Positions 46,140-60,989 of a DNA stretch of 64,000 bases are shown here, piece by piece. Under the pieces are notes generated by a model, which did no database searches, was not told the origin of the DNA, and saw nothing but the letters and a program-made list of their open reading frames with translations. The translations under genes and the position numbers were made by a program. The DNA is taken from contig OZ024743.1 of NCBI GenBank assembly GCA_964016885.1, positions 57,226,001-57,290,000 of the forward strand. The letters are read 5' to 3'. This DNA is from Eledone cirrhosa (taxonomy: Eukaryota). How positions within the stretch are numbered: position 1 is the stretch's first letter; each line of letters opens with the position of its first letter.

Positions 46140-49100
46140 GATCTTCGGCGGCTACGATATGAACGCATCTCCCAGCCGTCCTGGATCGGGGGGAAGAGTT
46201 GCTGTGCTTTTTCGGAGAGGTTTGGACCCAGAGGGTAAGTTGGTGGTGCTGGACGTGACCAGCGGAGACGGGCAAGCTTTCAGGCTAGTGGCCGTCTATG
46301 CCCCGACAGGATCAGGGCGGCCTGATTTCTTCCGGCATCTGGAGACCTTTCTTGGAACGTCCTGCTCTTTAGTGTTAGTGGGCGACTAGAACGGGATCTT
46401 AGATGCACGCTGGGTTGTGTGGGATTAGCGGATAGGGGAGGAGGGTGCAAGAGCCTCACCAACCTGCTCAGGCGTTTTGAACTGTCTGACAGGTACCGAT
46501 TGGATTTCCCGAATGTGCCAATGTGGACTTGGACAAATCGCATAGGGTCATCCAGATCATATCTAGATAGAGTATTTTGTAGGAAAATAGATAGGTCTAG
46601 CATAGGCTGTCCACAATTCAAGATAGTCAGCTACACGGACCACAAATTCGTGATCTGTGTGCTTGACTTAGATAGGGTTCATAGACGAGGACCCGGCTAC
46701 TGGAAGCTAAACGCGTCCTTACCAGCGCGCAAGGCCTACAGAGACCGGATTAGCGAACTAGTTAAGCGAGCGTTGACGGGGGCCATCGTCAACAACAAGT
46801 GGTGGTTTGCTATGAAAAGAGCGATTAGAATAGAGTCCATTAGGTTTAGTAAGGCTTTAGCTATAGAGAAAAATAGAACACAGGGAGAACTAGTTAGACA
46901 ATTAGACGAGGCGCTTAGCAAAGGCATCGTGACCGACGTACTTGCGGCGAAATTGGCCCTTGACCAATTCTTCAATGCAAAGCACGAAGGCTGCGTTGTC
47001 AGAGCTAGGGTGCGTGCTCTCAGACACGAGGGGACGAAAGCCGTTCAATGGGCACAAGTGGCGGAGGCGCGTCGTGGCAACAAAACCACGATCCGGTCTT
47101 TGGTGGACCACGACGGGCGCATGCTACTCGATCCTGGGCAAATGTGTGAAGCTTTTCAGTGACACTTCGCTCAGCTGTTCGGGGGCAGCGGCGGGCCGGA
47201 TCGAGGGATGGACTTTAGTGTCTACCTCGACGGACTGCCGCAGATCTCGGTCACTGAGACGGAGTGTTGCGAAAAGCCGATAACAGCCGCTGAAGTACGG
47301 GAGGCAATGACTAGCTGCACAAGGGGTAAATCGCCTGGTTTGGATGGTCTGCCCTATGAACTTTACGTACAGATGCTAGACTTCTTCGGAGGCCTCTTGG
47401 CGGACGTCTACTGCAACTGGCAACAGAACCGGAGAATTCCCAGCTCTGTGAGCCGAGGAGCTGTGGCGCTGCTGAGAAAGGATCCTTACAAGGGGGATAA
47501 CATAGATAATTTTAGGCCCATAACTCTTCTAAACACAGAGTTCAAGATTTTGGCCAAGGTGCTAGGAAAGAGGTTGGCGCTTGTCGTTGGTGGCCTGGTG
47601 GGAGAGGCGCAGACATGCGCCATTCCCGACAGATCCATCCACGACAACCTCCACCTCACGCGATACATCAATTTAGATCAGTCGAAAGCTTTCGATATGG
47701 TCGACCATCGTTACCTAGCGGCAGTCCTGAAGGCGGCTGGTTTTGGACCCGTCTTCAGAGGCTGAATCGCTGCCATGTACAGCGTCATCTGCTCTGTGGT
47801 GAGAGTAAACGGTCACCTTTCGAAACCGTTCAACATCATGCGCTCGATCCGCCAAGGATGTCCCCTCTCGTCCCTCTTGTACGTATTGACTCTCGAGCCA
47901 TTACTGCACAAACTGGAGACTTTGAGGGGGGTCCCGTGCGAACTAAGATGCGGAAGATCCGGTCAGCATATGCCGACGATGTCACCGTAGTTGTGTCGAA
48001 CGCCAAACACATGGAGGCGATCGGCACTACACTAAGAGAATACGAAGCGGTGACAGGAGCAATGATCAACCAGGAAAAAGTCAGTGGGCCTGCAGCTCGG
48101 CACCTGCAGAGGCAGGTCCATGCCGTCCAACAGCGTCGTCGGGCGCTGGACGGACCGACCGGTTAAATTGCTAGGAGTCTGCTTCGGTCCGGACCTCCAG
48201 ACGGACAAAAACTGGGACGAGGTGACGAGCAGGGTGGCTTCTCTCACCCAGAAATGGGCGGAGAGGAAGCTATCTCTGAAAGGTCGAGCGGAGGTGGCTA
48301 ACGCGTACATCGCGTCCGTCATCTACTACCGCCTGACCGTCGTACCTTGTCCTAAGCCCCGCCTGACTGCACTGGAGCGTTTGCTCTTTCGCTTCTTGTG
48401 GAAGCGACGCGCTCCGATGGTCAGGCGGTCCATCTGCTGTCAACACCCGCTACGTGGAGGGCTGGGCATGCCGTGGCTGATGATGCGCAGACACGCGCTC
48501 AGGCTACGGCATCTTCACCTCTTCCTCGACGGTGCTCAGGTGTGGTCGCCGTTTGCTAGACGCGTTTTTCCCCAGCTCGTCTCCTTCACGGAGCTGCAGT
48601 CCTATGTCAAGCGAAGACCGAGAGGGAGCGCTTGGAGACTGGAATGTCTTCAGGCGCTCACAGCCCTCGACCAATCGGGCAATGTGATCGGTGGAAACTC
48701 CACCTTTGCGTTCTATAGAGGATTAGTGGAGGGGAAGAGCGACGACGTACTTGGGGAAACTCTAGGCGTCGACGAAAATCAACTAGCCAATCTCTTCGGA
48801 AGAACTTTCGGGCCGGGGCCTATGGACAACGTCCAGTATCGGTGAACATCCACCTCGGCGTTCTATAGAGGACTAGTGGAGAGGAAGAGCGACGACATTT
48901 TCGGAGAGATCCTGGGCGTCGAAGAAGATCAGATGTTTGCTCTCTTCCTGAGAACTTTCAGCCGAGGGTCTATGGATAACTTCCAAATATCCCTGGCCTG
49001 GCAGTGTTACCGGGGAGCGCTGCCGGTTCGAGATAAGCTCTACAGGCACGGAAGTGCCGTCAGCCGAGCCTGTCCGAGATGCACGCAGAGCGACGAAACC

Positions 49101-49786
49101 GTCGTGCACGCACTCGTTCAGTGCTCGAGCATTGCTGACTTGTAGAGCTATGTCGAACAGTTGCTGTCGCGTGTAGGACTGATCCGGTTATCGACTGAGT
49201 CCATTGTGCAGATGGTCTCGCCGCCTTCCTCCGAGGAGGAAGGGCAGGCGGTTTTCATCTGCCTGGTGGCCATTGCTAAAGAGATTGTGTGGTGGACAAG
49301 GTTGAAAGGGTTAAAGACAGACACTTTCCTCTTCGGCGAATCCCTAATTAACTTTTTCAAGTTTCACTTGAAGAGGAAAATCAGGGTGGAGAGGCAAGTG
49401 CTGCCTTCTAGCAAGTTTGTTGAAAGGTGGGTGAAAGTGGCGCGTCTGGTCCGAGTGAACGGGACAGCTCTGAATATACGTCTGTAGTTTGAGAAATGGA
49501 AAAATTGAGAGAGGGCGCTTGCCCTGGTAATCAGGGTGGCCGTGGTCTTTTGTGTGGTTTTCGCTACGAGTAACCCTCGGAGGTTTCCCCCCTATTGGGG
49601 AATTTTTCATTGTTTCAATTTTCATTTTTATTGTTTATATATATATGTTTCTATGTCTTTTTTTTCTTTTCTTATATGAATAATAAAAATATTTACACGC
49701 ACAAAACCCACATCGTACCGTCCTGTACCGTCCTGTGCCGTCTGTAATGTTTTTCTTGATGTCAGCCCTTGTGGCCAATAAAGAAA

Positions 49787-49790
<4 letters not shown>
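46140..49790 (+). mobile_element. Tx1/L1-group LINE ORF2 region, frameshifted
   Basis: APE (VAVYAP, LVGD, SYLDR, TDHK, GPGYWKLN), RT (KSPGLDGLP, NFRPITLLN, LDQSKAFD, IRQGCPLS, AYADD), Cys motif CPRC..ETVVHALVQC, 3' UTR with AATAAA and an (ATT)n tail. Confidence 0.92.

Positions 49791-49830
<40 letters not shown>
49789..49830. repeat. (ATT)n shared by the Tx1 and Dong/R4 3' ends
   Basis: Directly visible. Confidence 0.95.
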
Positions 49831-49832
<2 letters not shown>

Positions 49833-52800
49833 AGCTGCATTTATCTTGATTTATGTTCATACGAGTTATCACCAAGTCACAACCAGTGACCTCAAGAGAC
49901 AACAAGGGCCGCCATGTTCAAGAAAGAACATACATACTCACACATGCATCTTTAGTGTTTAGACTTGTGATGTACTTATATTGACAGAATATTCCTTAGT
50001 ATATGGGCAGTTCCCATTAGTACTATCTTTTGTATTTCTCCTATACGCGGGTTTCCTGAAATTTGCGATAAGTAATCATTAGACCCCTTAGGTATCATTC
50101 CTAGAGCGCCTACAACCACTGGTATTGTTTTAGTTCTCAATTTCCACATTTTTCCAATTTCTATCTCCAGGTCCTTATACTTGCTCAATTTTTCAAATGT
50201 TTTTATAGATACATTCTTGTCTATTGGAACGGACATATCAATTAGCAGGCATACCCTCTTTTTAAAGTCCTTCAATATTATATCAGGTCTATTTGCATCT
50301 ATTTTTCGGTCTGTTTGGATGCTAAAGTTCCACAAGATTGAGATGTGATCTTTTTCAAGTATGGGAGGTGGTTGATGCTCCCACCAATTCTTTTGATGGG
50401 GCAGGTCAAAATGCTTACACATTATCCAATGTATGTATTGTGCAGCTCTGTCATGCCTGTTTAGGTATTCCGTTGGAGCTATAGGACTGCACATTGAAAT
50501 TATATGGTCAATGGTCTCTGGTTGTTTTTTACATACACGGCATAATGGGCTGCATCCATTTTTTATTATGTTGGCTTGGTAATTTTTTGTTGGCAGACAC
50601 TGATCTTGTGCTGATATAATCAGTCCTTCAGTCTCCGATTTCAGTCCAGAAGACGCCAACCACTGATGGGTTAAAGTTTTGTCAACATCAGGATTGTTAG
50701 CTCGTTCTGGGTATTTTCCATACAGAGGCTTTTCTTGCCATTTCTTAGCCAGTTTCTGTAGCAGTTCTTTCTTTGCAGTTACTTTTACCTGCTTTGCTTT
50801 TTCTGTGTTTTCCATTTCAGCAGTAAATGGGACTTCTGAAATGTGTAGCCCATTACTGTATCTTTGTGCATCTTTTGTAATGGAGTATGATCTTTTGGTG
50901 CTTTCGTGTTTCAAAACGAGTTTGATCATGTGATTCCCTTAGATATGTAGATAATCCAATTGTTGCAGTTTTCAACGCAATGTCTAACTGAATTAACCCA
51001 CGTCCTCCTTCTTTCCTAGGGAGATATATTCTATCTGTATCTGCCTTAAGGTGATGCATTCTGTGCATGGTTAAGAATTTTCGAATTTTTGTATCGAGCC
51101 TACGGATCTCTGTGCTTGACCAGTTGATGATATTGTAACTGTAGGTTACTACTGGTATGGCAATCGATCCTATTCCTTGCATTCAATTCCGTTCTTAAGA
51201 TTGCTCTTACTCTGCGGTAACATTCCTTCCTTATCCTTTCCCTCATTGTCGAGTGCTTGATTCCGTCTCCTTCACAAACACCTAGATATTTGTAAGTTTC
51301 CTCTTGATCAATTTCTCTTATCACATTCCCTCGATCAAGATTAATGTCTGAACTTTTCAGCAGCTTTCCTCTGGTGAACGTTGCTTTGGCGCATTTATCT
51401 AGTCCAAACTCCATTTTAATGTCATCACTGAACTGCTCCACAGTGGATAATAGCCCTTGCAATTGTTCATCATTTTTTGCAAATAGTTTCAGGTCATCCA
51501 TGTAGAACAAGTGATTAATGGTTTTGTCATAGATTTTATATCCATGTTTTGTTTCATTGAGCATTTTACTTAATGGTATAAGTACGATGCAGAATAAAAG
51601 CGGTGATAAAGAGTCACCCTGAAAAATTCCACAATTAATATTAACTTCTCCAGCTTCCAGTGATTTTGTTTCACTATTCAAAAGGAGTGTCGTTTTCCAT
51701 GTCTTCATACTGAATGACAAAAACCTCCTGACAACGGGGGATATTTTGAAAATCTCTAAACATTTTTCAATCCAAGTGTGTGGCAAACTATCGAATGCTT
51801 TTTTATAATCTATCCAAGCAATTGATAGATTTTTGTGTCTATTATGACAATCTTCCAGTATCATTTTGTTAACCAAAAGCTGATCCTTACAGCCATATGA
51901 GCCTCGTTTACACCCTTTCTGCTCAATGGGAAATAGGTCATTTGTTATCAGGTGGTCATATGTATATTCAGTTAGGACTGATGTTAACATTTTATACATT
52001 GTGGTCAAGCAAGTTATCGGTCTGTAATTTTTGGGATTGTTTGTCTCATCATTCTTCGGAAGCAGGAATGTAATGCCGTTAACTAGCCATGATGGTATTT
52101 TTTCTGGCTCCTTAACTATTTCATTGTAAAGTTGGCCTAACAGCTCATGAGACTCTGTGAAGGCATTTATCCAAACATTTTGTATTTTGTCTTTTCCTGG
52201 GGATTTCCATTTGCTGGTTTTTCTTAGAGCCAAACGCAACTGTTCAACTGTTATATTTTCCCATATTTGTTCCTCAAGGTGAGCTGTATCTTTCATTTGT
52301 CTGTCTATCCATGGGGCATGTATATTATGAACATTTTCTTCGGCCCAGATCTTTTCCCAGAATTCTTGCAATTCCTCCTTGGGTGGTATTGATTTAGCAG
52401 TTATTGTTGACTTACCAATTTTTCTGTAGAAGTTTCTTTGGTTGGTTTTGAACATATTATTGTCCTTATAGAATCTAGATCGTTTTTCAAAGCGCCTTAT
52501 ACGAGCAGCTTTGGCCGACACTTTTTGCTTGATTATTTCTATCAGCATGCCTATGTCACTTGTTGGTTTTATACTGTACTTTCTTTTCAATTTTCTAAGT
52601 TTAGTTTGTTTAACATGTTCACCTACTTTATAGTTTGTTAAAATTTCTATGTCAGATCGGAGAAGGTTTATTTGGCGATTGATGTTCTCTTGCCAAGTAG
52701 ATTTCTTGTGGGAATTCCTTTGTTTTTTTCATCTTCACTCCACATAAGTGAGTGGTGACTTCAGCCGATGCATAATAGAGATGATTTAAATCAGTAATGT

Positions 52801-53125
52801 TTAGTTTGTTTGTGATGATAATGTTTTTGATAATTATGTTAGTCTTGTGTATTCTCTTTTGGTTCTGTTTGGAGTTCTGGATCTTATGGAGGGTGTCTCG
52901 TTCCCCCATGTCAGATTCTTTCATTTTCATCCATTCGATCATAATTTCATCCTTCAAGTTAGCAAGTTCATTCTCATTCATTTCTTTATCATTTACGATC
53001 TCATTGTTTTCATTTGGAGTTTCATCTTGAGCATGCACTCCCTCCACTTTTTCGATCCTTTTTTTAATTTGTTCTGTTGTCAGTGATTCCGCCCCAACCC
53101 TGGGATTCGAAGTGTTACAATTTAC
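49830..53125 (-). mobile_element. Dong/R4-clade non-LTR retrotransposon, frameshifted, 5' truncated
   Basis: RT (WKSPGKD, NYRPITCL, WIDYKKAFDS, GIFQGDSLSP, HLFYMDD), CCHC (CRVC..ETIDHIISMC), RLE (RHD, NRPDII, KLSKYKDL); (TAA)n at both ends. Confidence 0.93.
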
Positions 53126-53126
53126 T

Positions 53127-53139
53127 TATTATTATTATA

Positions 53140-53185
<46 letters not shown>

Positions 53186-53215
53186 GTAGTAGTAGTAGTA
53201 GTAGTAGTAGTAATA
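53127..53215. repeat. (ATT)n/(AGT)n microsatellite
   Basis: Directly visible. Confidence 0.95.
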
Positions 53216-54077
53216 CTATCATATAATGAGAAAGTTGACAGAAATATATTAGTATAAAAGTGCAATTATATTCCGCACCATTATACTATAAACACTATGT
53301 AGACACTACATCATTATACAAAATATATCGTATGCATAACATACACTCTATACATGACATAATTTTATACTACATTTTATACTATTATAAAATATACACT
53401 GTCTACTTTAAACCCAATTTTCCATGTAGTTGTTTTCCATATTGAGTGGGTTGTGTTTATATAGCAATTAACCACCATGTACTTACTTTATCGACACCAA
53501 TGCCAAATCCTCTCCCAGTAAAACATTATCTTCAATAGAATTTATAACCTTTTTGTTTCCATCTCTCCATACCGCCATTTGTTTAAATATTTGTCAGCCA
53601 TATTTGCACAGTTGTTTGTTTATGTTGTCACAATTTCAATAGTGACGTTGTGTTTCAGCCATTGCTGTCCATACTGCCGTCTATTTGCCAACAACGAACA
53701 CTCAACATATTTATAATCACTTTACATTTTCCTATTATGTTCCTTGGAAATTAATAGACGAAGCCATTGATTTATCCGTGCTTGTGTCATACAGAGGAAA
53801 AGAGATTGAGTATTTGTTTATTTATGTATTCATAAGGACTTTACAGAATCTGAAATTCAATCTAATAAATGAAAGTAGTAAAGTGAAATATTTGAAATGA
53901 ATATATATGAAAAAAAAAACATAGCACAACATATAAGATGGACCGCTGACTAAATACTTTTATAGTTAGAATATTTCATCCAACTTTCTGGTATTTTCTG
54001 TAGTTGTCATCACACTGGTGGTGTTGTCAACGTCGAAATGTTATACTTTCTGCCGCCATAATAAAAAAAATAGTTTG

Positions 54078-54334
54078 TTTACCTTTTCGTTACCATATTT
54101 CTGTGGAAAACCACTGCCTATGATTTTTATATAATTTTCTAAATAATAGAAAAATTGAAGGTATTTAGTAGTATAGCTAACTTTTTAATTATTCAGCTTA
54201 TGTTTGGAATATAACACAGGTTTTTACATAAGATTACGATAGATTGTTTTTAGATAAATACAAACACTTTAAAATAAACAGTTTTGTATTATAGAAACTA
54301 GGGCGTTTTCAGGTGGTTTGATATAAAAAAATAA
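54078..54334. mobile_element. Decayed piggyBac-like MITE (tentative)
   Basis: Ends resemble TTAA|CCCTTTCGTTACC...GGTATCAAAAGGG|TTAA (tttaccttttcgttacc ... tttgatataaaaaaataa). Confidence 0.4.
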
Positions 54335-54747
54335 ATTATAGCCGACCGGATTAGATACAAATACTCTGAATTAATAACAAAATGACACAATGTTTTGAGA
54401 ACATTCTACATTTTTCATAGCAAACAATAGAAACATTTCTTTTGATTTGTGTTCTCCAACGTATTAATTAAATACATTCTTTAATTAATGTAATTAATGA
54501 GTGAGATTAATGATTACTTTTCTGAATGCCGGATGAGAAGACTCACTCCAAACAATGCCAGATCTTGTGAATTCTCCTACCCAGTATCAGTTGTGGTGAA
54601 CCGTGCCACACAATAAGAAATAAATATAATCCCATCAACCAATACCAGATGTAATGAATCCATCCACATAAAACTACATGTAGTGAATCACAGCAAACAA
54701 AACCAGATAGGTGAACCATTCCCCAACACTAGGTGCAGTCAAATACA

Positions 54748-57700
54748 CCACACAACACCAGATATCACGAACCACACCACACAACACCAGATATCACGAA
54801 CCACTTCACACAATACTAGATATCACGAACCACACCACACAACACCAGATATCACGAACCACTTCACACAATACCAGATATCACGAACAACTCCACACAA
54901 CACCAGATATCACGAACCACTCCACACAATACTAGATATCACGAACCACTTCACACAATACCAGATATCACGAACAACTCCACACAATACCAGATATCAC
55001 GAACCACTCCACACAACACCAGATATCACGAACCACTTCACACAACACCAGATATCACGAACCACTCCACACAACACCAGATATCACGAACCACTCCACA
55101 CAATACCAGATATCACGAACCACTCCACACAATACCAGATATCACGAACCACTCCACACAACACCAGATATCACGAACCACTCCACACAACACCAGATAT
55201 CACGAACCACTTCACACAACACCAGATATCACGAACCACTCCACACAACACCAGATATCACGAACCACTCCACACAATACCAGATATCACGAACCACTTC
55301 ACACAATACCAGATATCACGAACCACTCCACACAACACCAGATATCACGAACCACTCCACACAATACCAGATATCACGAACCACTTCACACAATACCAGA
55401 TATCACGAACCACTTCACACAATACCAGATATCACGAACCACTCCACACAATACCAGATATCACGAACCACTCCACACAATACCAGATATCACGAACCAC
55501 TTCACACAACACCAGATATCACGAACCACTCCACACAACACCAGATATCACGAACCACTCCACACAGTACCAGATATCACGAACCACTTCACACAATACC
55601 AGATATCACGAACCACTCCACACAATACCAGATATCACGAACCACTCCACACAACACCAGATATCACGAACCACTCCACACAACACCAGATATCACGAAC
55701 CACTCCACACAACACCAGATATCACGAACCACTCCACACAACACCAGATATCACGAACCACTCCACACAATACCAGATATCACGAACCACTTCACACAAT
55801 ACCAGATATCACGAACCACTCCACACAACACCAGATATCACGAACAACTCCACACAATACCAGATATCACGAACCACTTCACACAATACCAGATATCACG
55901 AACCACTTCACACAATACTAGATATCACGAACCACTCCACACAACACCAGATATCACGAACCACTCCACACAATACCCGATATCACGAACCACTCCACAC
56001 AATACCAGATATCACGAACCACTCCACACAACACCAGAGATCACGAACCACTCCACACAATACCAGATATCACGAACCACTCCACACAATACCCGATATC
56101 ACGAACCACTCCACACAATACCCGATATCACGAACCACTCCACACAATACCAGATATCACGAACCACTCCACACAATACCAGATATCACGAACCATTCCA
56201 CACAACACCAGATATCACGAACCACTCCACACAACACCAGATATCACGAACCACTTCACACAACACCAGATATCACGAACCACTCCACACAATACCAGAT
56301 ATCACGAACCACTCCACACAACACCAGATATCACGAACCACTTCACACAACACCAGATATCACGAACCACTCCACACAACACCAGATATCACGAACCACT
56401 CCACACAATACCAGATATCACGAACCACTCCACACAACACCAGATATCACGAACCACTCCACACAATACCAGATATCACGAACCACTCCACACAATACCA
56501 GATATCACGAACCACTCCACACAACACCAGATATCACGAACCACTTCACACAACACCAGATATCACGAACCACTCCACACAATACCAGATATCACGAACC
56601 ACTCCACACAACACCAGATATCACGAACCACTCCACACAATACCAGATATCACGAACCACTCCACACAACACCAGATATCACGAACCACTCCACACAACA
56701 CCAGATATCACGAACCACTCCACACAATACCAGATATCACGAACCACTCCACACAACACCAGATATCACGAACAACTCCACACAACACCAGATATCACGA
56801 ACCACTTCACACAACACCAGATATCACGAACCACTCCACACAATACCAGATATCACGAACCACTCCACACAACACCAGATATCACGAACCACTCCACACA
56901 ATACCAGATATCACGAACCACTCCACACAATACCAGATATCACGAACCACTTCACACAACACCAGATATCACGAACCACTCCACACAATACCAGATATCA
57001 CGAACCACTTCACACAACACCAGATATCACGAACCACTCCACACAATAACAGATATCACGAACCACTCCACACAACACCAGATATCACGAACCACTCCAC
57101 ACAATACCAGATATCACGAACCACTCCACACAATACCAGATATCACGAACCACTTCACACAATACCAGATATCACGAACCACTCCACACAACACCAGATA
57201 TCACGAACAACTCCACACAATACCAGATATCACGAACCACTTCACACAATACCAGATATCACGAACCACTTCACACAATACTAGATATCACGAACCACTC
57301 CACACAACACCAGATATCACGAACCACTCCACACAATACCCGATATCACGAACCACTCCACACAATACCAGATATCACGAACCACTCCACACAACACCAG
57401 ATATCACGAACCACTCCACACAATACCAGATATCACGAACCACTCCACACAATACCCGATATCACGAACCACTCCACACAATACCCGATATCACGAACCA
57501 CTCCACACAATACCAGATATCACGAACCACTCCACACAATACCAGATATCACGAACCACTCCAAACAACACCAGATATCACGAACCACTTCACACAATAC
57601 CAGATATCACGAACCACTTCACACAATACTAGATATCACGAACCACTCCACACAACACCAGATATCACGAACCACTCCACACAATACCCGATATCACGAA

Positions 57701-58230
57701 CCACTCCACACAACACCAGATATCACGAACCACTCCACACAATACCAGATATCACGAACCACTCCACACAATACCCGATATCACGAACCACTCCACACAA
57801 CACCAGATATCACGAACCACTTCACACAATACCAGATATCACGAACCACTCCACACAATACTAGATATCGCGAACCACTTCACACAATACCAGATATCAC
57901 GAACCACTCCACACAATACTAGATATCGCGAACCACTTCACACAATACTAGATATCACGAACCACTCCACACAATACTAGATATCGCGAACCACTTCACA
58001 CAATACTAGATATCGCGAACCACTTCACACAATACTAGATATCGCGAACCACTTCACACAATACTAGATATCGCGAACCACTTCACACACTACTAGATAT
58101 CGCGAACCACTTCACACAATACTAGATATCGCGAACCACTTCACACAATACTAGATATCGCGAACCACTCCACACAACACCAGATATCACGAACTACTTC
58201 ACACAACACCAGATATCACGAACTACTCCA
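54748..58230 (+). repeat. 29-bp minisatellite, ~120 copies
   Basis: Unit CCAGATATCACGAACCACT(C/T)CACACAA(T/C)A; degenerate units extend to ~54540 and ~58370. Confidence 0.97.
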
Positions 58231-58679
58231 CACTATATTAGATGCAGGGATCCACTACACATAACACCAGTTGGGGTGAACCTCTCCAAACAATACTAGA
58301 TGTGTTGAATTACACCACACAATACAAGATGTAGTGTTCCACTCCACACCATACCAGATGCACTGAACCGCTTTGAACTTATGTAAACCCAGCATAACAA
58401 TTTAACAGAAAAAGTTGTTCTTGACAGTTCAATGTCTCACTTGCTGGAAAATGTTAGTAAATATTTGTTTATTTCTATTCCTTCGAGCAATGTGTCTTCA
58501 TTATCTGAAGCTTCTGTGTTATAAAATATTGAAGTTTGGATATTTTTGCCGACATTTTAACCTCTTCACACAAACCTCGGTCAAACTCCGATATAATTCA
58601 CTGCCAGATGTAATATCTCATTAAGAATTCCAAATTTGCTAATAAAAACTTTAAAGTGTGTTCCATGTCTAGAAGGCCA

Positions 58680-58900
58680 TTAGGTCGCAGCTTGTATTGG
58701 CTCCCTTGTTAAGCGACTGCGAATACCTCCCCACCCCGCCTATGTGGAGGGGACGCCAGTTTATCGCAAGGATAACTCTCAACTAGTACTAATGTTTTCA
58801 ACAGTGGACTAAAGCATACTCAAGGATACAATATGCTGCCAAGTTCTAGAACCGAATTCAGGCCTTCCGGCCATGAAACCAACACTTTAACCTCCAGACG
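58680..58900 (-). mobile_element. Decayed tRNA-derived SINE
   Basis: ggacgccagtttatcgcaagg...ctcaaggatacaa, similar to 665-955. Confidence 0.5.
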
Positions 58901-59974
58901 GCCCTTTATTCACACTCGCTATTTTATGTCTCAAGTAAATATTGGTACTCAAACGTAGTAATTTACTTTCCACATTTTGATGTCTCCGGAAGAAGACTTA
59001 ATGGAAGAATTTGAAAAATGGAACATAAATTTAAAAAAAATATTATTGTGAAATATGAAATTTTAAACCAGAAATACAACAGCAACAAAACGCTAAGACG
59101 CTAATAAATCTATTACAATGCTCACTAGGACCTATAACAATAAAACATAAATTAATATCACAAATGTTTCATTGCTGCAATTTAAGATATCAACAAGACA
59201 AACATTAACATATATATTAACACTTAACAACCTGTAATGATTTATTAGAAAATATCTAAAAATGATTTATTAATTCAAATATTTATAGTATCTTTAATAT
59301 TGAACTGATTGTTGTGAAAATTTGTAGCATTAAAGTAAAGATTTTAATTGTCAATGTGATACAGGTTAAAGTCTTCTGACAGGACCCGCTGGAGGGAGTG
59401 TTTGAGGATTCTTCCCCCACGACCCTCTCAGGAATAAATGGGCGAAGAAGAAGAAGAAGAAGAAGAAGAAGAAGAAGAATGTGATGCATGTTTAATACGG
59501 TTTTTATGATTTTTTTTATAGAATGACTTTCTAATGTATTTTCATGTAGTATATGACGTTAAGAATTAATTAACAAGCCTGTTTTTAGATATTTTGTGCT
59601 AAAACCTTACAAGATGTTAAGAACTAATTAAAATAATTATAGCGTAATTATTGGACAGTTTGTTGTGAAAATGTGCAGTATTGAAGTAAAGAGTTTAATT
59701 TTTAATGTGATGTTATTTTGTCCTTTTCAAGAATGGCTTGATAATCCGGTTTCATGCGGTACAGTATGTTAAGAGTTAAATTTACTTCTGTGTATTTCTT
59801 TCCTTTTTCGCTTATACTGTGTTGTTTTCATGTCGCTTTTCACACAACTCTAATTATCACCCTCCCATTCCCAATAAGAGAATAGTTGTTATATTCCTAT
59901 ATGAAAGATGCTAGCTGAGACGTACAACACTTAACGAAACTTCACATAATTAGTAGTTAAAGTTCAGAAATGTA

Positions 59975-60260
59975 ATGGAGCTCCATCGGTTTCGAGGACG
60001 AGTGTTCCAATTATTTGATTAACAAAACCACCTTCTTGTGAAATTAACGGAGAAGTAGCTGAGCATTTCCGAAATATGTGGCACAGTGTTATATGCCTTT
60101 TCCTTTGAATTATAAACACAATTCATTCGACGGGATTTCAAATAGTTTCCGTTTACCTAATTTCATTGACAACGCTTGAGTCGACTTGGGGTTATGGTAA
60201 ATGATAGTTGCTCAGGACCCTGGCTTTTCGAGTATGAAATGCGTTTAAATATTCGGCCAT
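59975..60260 (-). mobile_element. Decayed SINE
   Basis: ctccatcggtt..gacgagtgttcca..gtgaaattaacg, reverse of the 44768-family 3' part. Confidence 0.5.
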
Positions 60261-60989
60261 GCTATGTCCTCAAATTTTAGTAATACAGAGAAATGGTCAA
60301 TATAGTAGTAATAAGTTCCGGCAACCATTGTTCCATTTGTACGAACAACAGAATACTCGGTTCGTGAGTTTAACGTGAACATAGCTGAACATTTCCTTTA
60401 CACGAATATTTTTAACGTAGTTCTTAAGGTGTCAACGCGTGAATTTAAGGTACATTTATTTCATTGTCTGTCAGCTGAATACACTGAAGCAACATGAAAT
60501 GTCTTGCTCAAGCTGACAACGCGCCGCCAAGATTAATACTTACAATGCTAAGATTATGATGAGAATACCTTAATCTCCAAGCTACATGTCTTCACAATGA
60601 TCAATATTTCGGTGGAACGGGAACGGAACTTCTGATCTAAGTTAAAGTACATTTGACCAGAGGTTTTCTTGGCAACGTCGGAATAAAACGAATAAAAGAC
60701 AGTTTAAAAGCTCTTTGAAAGACATGGCAGTTAACCAACTTATTTATGCTTGAGTCAGGTTGATATTGTTGTTGATTACTTAAATGTTCAACAGTTCTGA
60801 GTGGCTGAAGCAACGTCTAGAGAAACTAAGTATTCATTTATTGGTTTCAGTCATTAGACTGGAGCTATGCCGGGGCACCGATTTAAGGTGACTTAGTGTA
60901 TGATATCGACCTCATTATTTAGATTATTTTGTGAAGTTTGGTACTTATTTGGTACTTATCTCACGAAGAGACACAGAAATACACACATC

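Noticed and set aside
54683-55921. 412-aa H/T-rich ORF
   Set aside because: Product of a stop-poor 29-bp repeat read through three frames; interrupted by CTAG variants; no domain.
54748-58230. CRISPR-like array
   Set aside because: Contiguous 29-bp units with no unique spacers, no cas genes, eukaryotic context.
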